Origin: an uncultured Candidatus Actinomarina sp. | Lineage (GTDB): Bacteria > Actinomycetota > Acidimicrobiia > Actinomarinales > Actinomarinaceae | Assembly (NCBI GenBank): GCA_902610815.1 | Contig: CACLXG010000002.1 | Coordinates: 834 to 64,833, forward strand | Length of the DNA stretch: 64,000 bases | Direction: 5' to 3' | Shown: positions 19,831-27,448 of the stretch, in pieces | How positions within the stretch are numbered: position 1 is the stretch's first letter | Layout of the letters: each line of letters starts with the position of its first letter | Translations under genes and position numbers: made by a program | The notes under the pieces: model-generated | The model's database searches: none | Told to the model about the DNA's origin: nothing | Seen by the model: only the letters and a program-made list of their open reading frames with translations

Positions 19831-20661
19831 GTGTCTGTAGTAAAAATAGAAAATCTTACTGTCCAATATCTTGGTGAAGAAACAAATGCATTGGATGGGG
19901 TCTCTCTTGAAATTCAAAAAGGAGAATTTGTTGCTTTGTTAGGTGCACATGGTGCCGGTAAAACAACACTATGTCTTTCACTAAATGGTATTGTGCCAAA
20001 CATGATTAGTGCAGATATGTATGGGGCAATAGAAGTATTGGGTGAAGTACCTCCCAAGATTCCCGTAAGGCAACTTGCAACTAAAGTTGGTAGCATTTTT
20101 GACAATCCAGAATTTCAAATGAGTCAGCTTACAGTTTTTGAAGAAGTGGCCTTAGGACTCCAAAATTTAGGAGTGGAAAAAACTACAATAGAAAAGAACA
20201 TATCAGAATCGTTAAAACTTGTCGGCCTAGAGGGGTTTGAGGATAGGTCTCCATTCGAAATATCTGGAGGACAACAACAAAGGTTAGCAATGGCTTCCGC
20301 TTTAGCAATGAAGCCGGAAATTTTAATACTAGACGAACCAACATCTAATCTTGATCCAATTGGAAAAGAAGAAGTTTTCTCTGTTACAAGAAGCCTGAAT
20401 CAAGAAGAAGGATTAACTGTAATAATTGCTGAACATGAAGTAGAAGTTATTGCAGAATTTGCCGATACATTAGTCCTCCTAGACGAGGGAAGGATAAACG
20501 AAGTAGGAACTCCACAGGATATATTTCCAAGATTTGTTGATCACCAAGAGGATATTGGTGTAAGGGTTCCTCAAGTTACGGATCTAGCTTCAAGAAAAAC
20601 TCAAAATTTTAATTCAATTCCTGTTACCTTAGATGAGTCAGTTGAGATGTATAAAAAATGA
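19831..20661 (+). CDS. ecfA1: ECF transporter ATPase component A1
   Basis: GTG start after AAGAGG. Walker A GAHGAGKT, signature SGGQQQR, Walker B ILILDEPT. Confidence 0.85.
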   Translation: MSVVKIENLTVQYLGEETNALDGVSLEIQKGEFVALLGAHGAGKTTLCLSLNGIVPNMISADMYGAIEVLGEVPPKIPVRQLATKVGSIFDNPEFQMSQLTVFEEVALGLQNLGVEKTTIEKNISESLKLVGLEGFEDRSPFEISGGQQQRLAMASALAMKPEILILDEPTSNLDPIGKEEVFSVTRSLNQEEGLTVIIAEHEVEVIAEFADTLVLLDEGRINEVGTPQDIFPRFVDHQEDIGVRVPQVTDLASRKTQNFNSIPVTLDESVEMYKK

Positions 20662-21461
20662 CAAAAATAAAAGTATCTAATTTGCAACACAAATATCCAA
20701 ATGGTGTTATTGCTGTAAGTAATGTAAATGTTGAAATTGAACAAGGTGAACAAGTGTCCGTTGTAGGTCAAAACGGATCTGGAAAAACCACATTAGTTAA
20801 ACATTGGAACGGCTTGTTAAAACCCACTCAAGGAAATGTTTTTGTTGGAGAACTAGATACTTTAGATCATTCTGTAAATATTCTTGCAAGAAAAGTAGGT
20901 TATGTATTTCAAAATCCAAACCATCAAATTTTTGCAGCTTCTGTAAGAGATGAGTTAGAATTTGGTTTAATCAATATTGGATTAGATGAGGAGGAAGTAA
21001 ACAGCAGGACTAACCGTATTGCTGAAGAATTTGGATTAGTAGAATATTTAGAGACAAATCCTTACAGGTTAGGATTTTCATTAAGAAAAACGGTTGGAAT
21101 GGCATCAATAATAGCTATGGAGCCAGATGTTGTTGTTCTTGATGAACCAACAACGGGTCAAGATTATCTTGGAATAAAGGCAATTAGAACAGCAATAAAA
21201 AAATTAAAAGATCAAGGCAAAACAGTAATAGTGGTTTCTCATGATATGCCACTTGTTGCAGAAGACACAGACAGGGTTTTAGTAATGTGTGATACAGAAT
21301 TAATTTTTGATGGAACACCATCCAAGCTATTTGCAAGTAAAGAGATATTATCCAAAACAAATCTCCTACCACCACAAATTACTAGTTTTACACAAAAAGT
21401 TGGTTTAAATATTGAAGGCGAAAGCGTGCTATCTGTTGAAGAAGCTGAAAAAGTCCTTTAA
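20658..21461 (+). CDS. ecfA2: ECF transporter ATPase component A2 (degenerate signature motif)
   Basis: Walker A GQNGSGKT, Walker B VVVLDEPT, H-loop VSHD. The LSGGQ position reads LGFSL. Confidence 0.85.
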   Translation: MTKIKVSNLQHKYPNGVIAVSNVNVEIEQGEQVSVVGQNGSGKTTLVKHWNGLLKPTQGNVFVGELDTLDHSVNILARKVGYVFQNPNHQIFAASVRDELEFGLINIGLDEEEVNSRTNRIAEEFGLVEYLETNPYRLGFSLRKTVGMASIIAMEPDVVVLDEPTTGQDYLGIKAIRTAIKKLKDQGKTVIVVSHDMPLVAEDTDRVLVMCDTELIFDGTPSKLFASKEILSKTNLLPPQITSFTQKVGLNIEGESVLSVEEAEKVL

Positions 21462-21547
21462 CCATCTCTTTTAATGAGTTACAACATATTTTGTAAATTT
21501 TAATAAAATAACATGCACGCCATATATTTTGTTTATAGAATAAAATT

Positions 21548-21581
21548 AACAATGTTCGTTGGGATCATTGTTAAAAAACCC
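21548..21581 (+). promoter_or_regulatory. candidate preQ1-I-like riboswitch aptamer (copy B), leader of the S-component operon
   Basis: AACAATG/CATTGTT stem. Loop GGG is complementary to CCC after a 6-A tract. Same layout as copy A with compensatory P2 change. Confidence 0.5.
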
Positions 21582-21584
21582 AAT

Positions 21585-21624
21585 CAATGCTGATAATTAA
21601 TTTATTAGCATTGTAATTTCTTTC
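21585..21624 (+). terminator. putative riboswitch expression-platform terminator
   Basis: 12-bp stem CAATGCTGATAA / TTATTAGCATTG (one G-T pair), 5-nt loop, then TAATTTCTTTC. The 5' arm can instead pair with the aptamer 3' arm CATTG. Confidence 0.45.
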
Positions 21625-21638
21625 GAGGGGGAGATTAG

Positions 21639-22331
21639 ATGAACGAACAAGCCACTCAAGGCGAAAAACTAAGTAGCTCTACTGGCGGTGGAGTTCCATT
21701 AACATATGTTATTGCATTAGTACCTGTTGCTTCTGTTTTGAATGTTATTGGTGGAACTGTCGCTGGAGCTTTAAAGCTACCTATATTCTTGGACATGATT
21801 GGAACAGCAGTTGTTGCTATGACAATAGGTCCTTGGTGGGGAGCATTAGTTGGAGTGATTACAAACCTAACAATGGGCTTTTTAACAGGTCCAGTTTCTA
21901 TTCCATTCGCGGCATGCAACGTAGTTGGTGCTTTGGTATGGGGTTATGGAACAAGATGGGGCTTTGCTAACGATAAACTAAGATTCTTTGGTTTGTCTGT
22001 AGCATCAGCAGTATTTGTATCACTAATGGCAGCACCAATTGTTATATTTGTTTTTGGTGGAGCCACAGGACATGCTTCAGATGTTTTAACAGCTGGATTA
22101 TTAGCAGCTGGAAATGACATGTGGGCAGCAGTGTTTTCAAGTAACATTATTGTTTCTTCAGCTGATAAAATTCTTTCGTCATTCTTGGCGTTAGCAATTA
22201 TAGGAGCATTACCTACAAACTTGCAGGTAACAGGTCCAATAATGAAGGCTGAAAATATGGGCACAGCAGTCTTAATTACAGCAGGTACAGTAGTAGGTGT
22301 AATTCTTACTGTTGTATCAATGAACTTGTAG
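21639..22331 (+). CDS. ECF transporter substrate-specific (S) component
   Basis: 6 TM segments; LKLPIFLDMIGTAVVAMTIGPWWGALVG matches the general S-component pattern. Strong GAGGGGGAG SD. Confidence 0.7.
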   Translation: MNEQATQGEKLSSSTGGGVPLTYVIALVPVASVLNVIGGTVAGALKLPIFLDMIGTAVVAMTIGPWWGALVGVITNLTMGFLTGPVSIPFAACNVVGALVWGYGTRWGFANDKLRFFGLSVASAVFVSLMAAPIVIFVFGGATGHASDVLTAGLLAAGNDMWAAVFSSNIIVSSADKILSSFLALAIIGALPTNLQVTGPIMKAENMGTAVLITAGTVVGVILTVVSMNL

Positions 22332-22344
22332 ATAGGAGGATAGT

Positions 22345-22533
22345 ATGAGAGAAGTAACATCAAAAGATGGTCTTGGTGCTGGTATTATCGGCCTGGGTAT
22401 AATGTATGCAATTTATCCATGGGCATCTTCTGAAATGGCAGGAGACGCAGCCTTTGGTATGTTGTCAGGGTTATGCTTGGTTGCAAGTTTACTCACAGTA
22501 CTTTGTGGGCTAGCTGTCTTAAGAGCAAAATAA
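22345..22533 (+). CDS. small membrane protein
   Basis: 62 aa with 2 TM segments, in-operon between the S component and the phosphorylases. Confidence 0.4.
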   Translation: MREVTSKDGLGAGIIGLGIMYAIYPWASSEMAGDAAFGMLSGLCLVASLLTVLCGLAVLRAK

Positions 22534-22545
22534 GTCCAAAAGTAA

Positions 22546-23289
22546 ATGGACGCTGTTCAAAAAATTGAACAAGTTAAACATTTACCTATAAAATTTGGAG
22601 AAGTCGCCCGGTACGTAATCGTGCCGGGCGATCCCAATAGGGTCCCTGTTATAGCTGAGTCTCTTGAAAATGTAACAAATCAGGGACAAAATAGAGAATT
22701 TAACGCATACAAAGGTACACATAAGGGTATTGAAGTATCTGTTGTTTCAACTGGGGTCGGTTGTCCATCTACAGCGATTGCTGTAGAAGAGTTATCACAC
22801 ATTGGTGCTGAAGTATTTATTAGGATTGGCACATCTGGATCCGTTGACAAATCAGCAAAAAAAGGAGATATTTTTATTGCTACAGCAGCTGTTAGGGACG
22901 ATGGTACATCAAAACAGTACATACCTATAGAGTTTCCGGCTATAGCATCACACAATGTTGTTAGTAATTTAATTAAAGCTTCCGAAAATTTAAATATTGA
23001 TTCAAAAGTCGGAATATGTCAGTCAAAAGACTCTTTTTTTGGAGAAACGGAACCTGAAAGGATGCCTGTTGCACCTTACTTAGATTTTAAATGGAAATCT
23101 TGGCAAAAAGGAAGTGTAGGTGCTTCAGAAATGGAAGCTGCAACACTATTTACAATATCACAAATTAAAAGAATAGAAGCAGGAGCAATTTTAGCAATAG
23201 AGACATCCGATAAAGACACTATAAAGAAGATGACAGAAATAGTTTTAGAGAGTATAACTTATATGGAAAGGGAAAAAAATGTCAGCTAA
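22546..23289 (+). CDS. nucleoside phosphorylase, NP-I (PNP/UDP_1) family, paralog A
   Basis: GVGCPSTAIAVEEL, RIGTSGS, SEMEAATLF blocks typical of Udp/DeoD-type enzymes. Confidence 0.8.
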   Translation: MDAVQKIEQVKHLPIKFGEVARYVIVPGDPNRVPVIAESLENVTNQGQNREFNAYKGTHKGIEVSVVSTGVGCPSTAIAVEELSHIGAEVFIRIGTSGSVDKSAKKGDIFIATAAVRDDGTSKQYIPIEFPAIASHNVVSNLIKASENLNIDSKVGICQSKDSFFGETEPERMPVAPYLDFKWKSWQKGSVGASEMEAATLFTISQIKRIEAGAILAIETSDKDTIKKMTEIVLESITYMEREKNVS

Positions 23290-24070
23290 TGATGAAAAAA
23301 CCAAAGCAGGATTACTAGATGTAGATCTTCAATACCATGTTCAACTTAAAACTGGGGATGTGTCAGATTTTGTAATATTACCTGGTGATCCAGGAAGGGT
23401 CGAGTTCATAGCTGAGCACTTTGACTCAGCTACATTAGTAGCGGATAATAGAGAATACAAAACCATGACAGGTGTATATAAAGGTCGTTCTGTTTCTGTT
23501 ACATCAACCGGAATTGGTTGCCCATCTACAGCGATAGCTGTAGAAGAATTAGCAAACGTAGGTGCAAAAACATTTGTTAGACTTGGAACTTCAGGAGCTA
23601 TGCAAGAATATACAAGAGTAGGAGAAAAAGTTATTGCAACAGGTGCTGTTAGATACGAAGGTACATCAGTGCAATACATGCCTATAGAGTTTCCAGCTGT
23701 GGCTTCGCACGATATGGTTTCTGCACTAATACAATCAGCAAAAGAAGCCGAATTAAATCACCATATTGGGATTGTGCAGTCAAAAGATTCATTCTACGGA
23801 CAACACAATCCGGAAGGAATGCCTATCGCCTCAGAATTGCTTCAAAAATGGGATGCATGGGTTAAAGGAGGTGTTCTTTGCTCAGAAATGGAAGCAGCAA
23901 CATTATTTGTTGTTGGTTCTTATAGAAAATTAAGAACAGGAGCAGTGTTATTAGTTGCTGGAGACCAAGCAAAACAAGAATCTTTAACGAAAGAAGAATA
24001 CAAAGCAAATATGACAGAATCAATTAATATGATACTTGAATCAAGTTTACAAATTGAGGAAGGTTCATAA
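23279..24070 (+). CDS. nucleoside phosphorylase, NP-I family, paralog B
   Basis: GIGCPSTAIAVEEL, RLGTSGA, SEMEAATLF. Overlaps the paralog A stop. Confidence 0.8.
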   Translation: MSANDEKTKAGLLDVDLQYHVQLKTGDVSDFVILPGDPGRVEFIAEHFDSATLVADNREYKTMTGVYKGRSVSVTSTGIGCPSTAIAVEELANVGAKTFVRLGTSGAMQEYTRVGEKVIATGAVRYEGTSVQYMPIEFPAVASHDMVSALIQSAKEAELNHHIGIVQSKDSFYGQHNPEGMPIASELLQKWDAWVKGGVLCSEMEAATLFVVGSYRKLRTGAVLLVAGDQAKQESLTKEEYKANMTESINMILESSLQIEEGS

Positions 24071-24969
24071 TGGCAAGAGTACCAGTTGGAGCATACGTTC
24101 CAGGCGATTCTTTCTTTCACAAAGCTCATCCGTTTGTAAAGTTTTACTGGGTTGGCTCATTTGTAATATTTTGTTTTTTTAACAAAAATCCCTATGTGAA
24201 TTATTCGCTAACTTTAATCGGTTTAGTATTCGTTGTTCTTACAAAAACTTTTCCAAGTTATGTAAGAGCTATGGTTATTTTCTTTCCTGCGGCATTTGCA
24301 ATGATATTTCTTCAATCGATTGTCCCTCCAGCAGTATTCGATAATCCAGAATTATTAGCAGAAATTGGTCCCTTTTCTCTTTATACTGAATCAATTATTT
24401 ACGGGATGCTATTTAGTAGTCGTATTTTATGTATATGTACATGGTCTATATTAATGTTGATGACTTTACACCCAGGAGAGTTATCTTCAGCGCTACAAAA
24501 AGCTCGCGTACCTTATACAGTAAATTTCATGATAACAACAACCTTGCAACTCATTCCTATTCTTCAAAGAGAATTTGGAATTATTTTATCCGCACAAAAA
24601 TCAAGGGCCATGGAAGCTCAGGGATTTAAGGCTTTGTTACCATCAATAATTCCAGTTTTTGCAGGGGCTATAGATCGAGTTTCTCAGCTATCTATGAGTC
24701 TGGAAACAAGAGCTTTTGGTGCTAACAAAGAAAGAACACTATTGAGATATAAAGAGTTTACGACAAAAGAAACAGTATTGTCTATTCTTTCTCTAGCACC
24801 AATTGTTCTTGTATTTTATGGAAGGGCAAACTTTAATGCATTTGTGCCATTAGAAGGGTTTTCTTTATCTCCTTTTGCTGGTTCTTTCATTGTAATTTTT
24901 TGTGGCACAGCTTTTTTATCTATAATTTTCGGTGCAACTTTCGCCATAAGACTTCTTGGTAAGAAGTAG
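24070..24969 (+). CDS. ecfT: ECF transporter transmembrane (T) component, CbiQ family
   Basis: About 6 TM segments with the two coupling-helix Arg motifs (KSRAMEAQGF, LETRAFG). Confidence 0.75.
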   Translation: MARVPVGAYVPGDSFFHKAHPFVKFYWVGSFVIFCFFNKNPYVNYSLTLIGLVFVVLTKTFPSYVRAMVIFFPAAFAMIFLQSIVPPAVFDNPELLAEIGPFSLYTESIIYGMLFSSRILCICTWSILMLMTLHPGELSSALQKARVPYTVNFMITTTLQLIPILQREFGIILSAQKSRAMEAQGFKALLPSIIPVFAGAIDRVSQLSMSLETRAFGANKERTLLRYKEFTTKETVLSILSLAPIVLVFYGRANFNAFVPLEGFSLSPFAGSFIVIFCGTAFLSIIFGATFAIRLLGKK

Positions 24970-24977
24970 TAAACTAA

Positions 24978-26255
24978 TTGACTCAAACAAGCTCTGAATA
25001 TATAAAAGAAAACTTTGTCTTTAATTACACAATGTTTATTTTAGACAGCATTGGTTTTGGTTCTGCTTTTGCATTACTCATACCATTGAGTTACACACCT
25101 GACGTAGCCTACGAAATATCAGGAGTATGGTTTGCTGCTCCGTCCGTAATAATAATATTTTATTTTTTAAATATTTTTGGACAATTTATTTCTTCATCAA
25201 ATAGAAAAAAAGAAGAAGATTCGAAACTTGATGTAATTAAATGGGGAATTTTAGAAAGATTAGGATTTGTTCTGATTTACCTTTCAATAAATTATTTTCT
25301 AGATTCTTCATTTATACTTGCAATTTTTCTTATTACTTATGGAATTTTTGTATATAGCTCTGGGGCAATCCTTCCTGCTTATTTTGATTTAGTTTCTAGA
25401 GTGCTATATAAACATAGGGCAATATTTTTTGCAGCAAACCTTACTACAGGATCATTAGCTGGTTTTTTAGTTTCTAGATATGTTGATTTTAGAATCCAAG
25501 AAAAAGGTTTAGTTGGAGGCTTTTCAGACGGTTTATTGGTAGTTATTGCTATAACTTCATTATCGTTAATTCCTCTAATTTTGATTAGAGAGCCAAAAGG
25601 GATTAGTCAAAATAAGAAAAAATTGAATGTAGTAATAATTAAAAATAAATTAAGAGATTGGTATGAGATATATAAAAACAGTACAGATGTAAAAGCTATT
25701 GCATTATCAAATATTGTTAGTGTAGTTCCTGAATCTATTACTCCGTTTTTTACAATATGGCTAATTAGTTATTACCAAGTAGATGCAACAAAAATTGGGA
25801 TATGGGTTACTTTATTATTAATAAGTCAAAGTTTAGGAAGTTTTATAGTCCCAATTCTTGCTTCAAGACTAGGATTCAAAACTACATATATTTTTGGATT
25901 ATTTTTTCATTTTATAGCAAGTATGCTATTTATATTAAATCCTTTGATATTCCAAAATTTAATATTTATTTTTGCTGGATTGGGTTCTGGAACGTTTGTA
26001 ACATCACAAAGCAATATTTCAGTAGAGATTGGAAAAGTTGGAGACGCAGGTAACACAAATGCAATGCTGACTGCTTTTAGATTACCGGGCCTTATCTTAG
26101 GCCCGTTTATATTTGCTTATTTTGTAAATTTAGGGAATATAATTTTTTTCTTATTTGTATCTTTAATATCATCACTACTTGGTATTTCTATAATGCAATA
26201 TAGAATGAAAAATAAAATATTTCCGCAAGTTAGATTCTGGAGTAAAGACTCTTAA
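24978..26255 (+). CDS. MFS-like polytopic membrane protein
   Basis: About 12 TM segments. TTG start in the track, so the true start is uncertain. Confidence 0.5.
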   Translation: MTQTSSEYIKENFVFNYTMFILDSIGFGSAFALLIPLSYTPDVAYEISGVWFAAPSVIIIFYFLNIFGQFISSSNRKKEEDSKLDVIKWGILERLGFVLIYLSINYFLDSSFILAIFLITYGIFVYSSGAILPAYFDLVSRVLYKHRAIFFAANLTTGSLAGFLVSRYVDFRIQEKGLVGGFSDGLLVVIAITSLSLIPLILIREPKGISQNKKKLNVVIIKNKLRDWYEIYKNSTDVKAIALSNIVSVVPESITPFFTIWLISYYQVDATKIGIWVTLLLISQSLGSFIVPILASRLGFKTTYIFGLFFHFIASMLFILNPLIFQNLIFIFAGLGSGTFVTSQSNISVEIGKVGDAGNTNAMLTAFRLPGLILGPFIFAYFVNLGNIIFFLFVSLISSLLGISIMQYRMKNKIFPQVRFWSKDS

Positions 26256-26524
26256 TTTCTACCTTTATATAAAAAAGCAAGACCAGCAATCAGAAGAATT
26301 ACAGAAAGGTATAAATAAACACCGAATACTGATCCAACTGCTGCAATTGTCACTAACCCAAATCCAGTTCTTTGATCATTGTTATAAGAGGGTAGGTAAT
26401 AAAAAATTTTGTTTAAGATATGATTTTTATCTTTTATCCTTTTTTCATCGATCCAAAATACAATGAAAATAATCACAAATGTTGCTAATAAAATAAGCTG
26501 TTCTCTTAAGGGTAAAACAACCAT
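26252..26524 (-). CDS. small membrane protein
   Basis: 90 aa with 3 hydrophobic segments. Shares 1 nt with the rbsK stop. Confidence 0.4.
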   Translation of the reverse strand: MVVLPLREQLILLATFVIIFIVFWIDEKRIKDKNHILNKIFYYLPSYNNDQRTGFGLVTIAAVGSVFGVYLYLSVILLIAGLAFLYKGRN

Positions 26525-27399
26525 TATATTGAATATGAAGATTGAGTACCAGGTCTAGTCACAGAATCAGAGGCTTTTTCAACACCAATTTTTATTGCAT
26601 CTTCTGTCGTATATCCTGATGCAATTCCGTATGAAAAGGCTCCAACAAAAGCATCTCCAGCACCTGTAGTATCAATAGCATTAACTTTTGGAGCTTTAAT
26701 TTTTTTCACAGAACCTTCTTTACTAACATAAGCAGCTCCTTCTTCGCCGAGTGTAACAATTAAGTTTGATTTTATAGAATTAGAGTACTTAATTAAATTT
26801 GAATCATCAAATGCATTTAATCCTGAAATAGTCTCAAATTCTACCTCATTTGGAATAAACCAATCTGTAGAATCCAAAAGTATTTGTGATGGGATTTTCG
26901 CTGGTGCTGGATTTAAAATTGTTGTGATGCTATTGGTTTTTGCATATTGAAAAACTTTTTCTGTTACTTCAAGTGGAATTTCAAACTGACCAATTATAGC
27001 CTTTAAATCTTCTATTTTTTTTATAGCTTCTATGGCTTCATCACCATTAATTAAATCATTTGCACCAGACACAACAATAATTCTGTTTTGTCCTGAGCTA
27101 TCAACCCATATTGGAGCAACCCCACTTGATCCAAGCACTCTTTGAATGAAGTCAACATTAACGCCGCTTTTCTTAAAATTTTCTATAGTCATATCTGCAT
27201 ATACATCGTCGCCTAAGCAAGTTATCATATATGTTTCAGCACCCATAAGTCCTGCCATAACGGCTTGATTTGCTCCCTTACCACCAAAACCCATTTTGTA
27301 TTCATTTCCAAAAACAGTCTCACCGTCAGATGGAGTGCTATCTACATAAGCAATTTGATCAATATTAGAGCTGCCTACTATACAGATTTTTGAAGCCAT
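26524..27399 (-). CDS. rbsK: ribokinase
   Basis: GGKGANQAVMAG and DTTGAGDAFVGAF. Start moved to MASKICIVGSSN, which removes a divergent overlap with 27449. Confidence 0.8.
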   Translation of the reverse strand: MASKICIVGSSNIDQIAYVDSTPSDGETVFGNEYKMGFGGKGANQAVMAGLMGAETYMITCLGDDVYADMTIENFKKSGVNVDFIQRVLGSSGVAPIWVDSSGQNRIIVVSGANDLINGDEAIEAIKKIEDLKAIIGQFEIPLEVTEKVFQYAKTNSITTILNPAPAKIPSQILLDSTDWFIPNEVEFETISGLNAFDDSNLIKYSNSIKSNLIVTLGEEGAAYVSKEGSVKKIKAPKVNAIDTTGAGDAFVGAFSYGIASGYTTEDAIKIGVEKASDSVTRPGTQSSYSI

Positions 27400-27448
27400 G
27401 AAAGAATTATAAAAATATTTTATTATTTTATCTACTATGATTTGATTT

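Noticed and set aside
21656-23679. Long antisense ORFs inside the S-component and phosphorylase genes (21656..21919, 21944..22363, 22680..22955, 23341..23679).
   Set aside because: They lie opposite well-supported genes, have low-complexity P/T/A/V-rich translations, and lack start context. They are typical shadow frames of slightly G/C-richer genes.
24429-24629. Alternative-frame ORFs within ecfT (24429..24629) and within the downstream membrane gene (25802..26053).
   Set aside because: They are nested in the same strand but a different frame of genes with coherent TM topology. Their translations are low-complexity.
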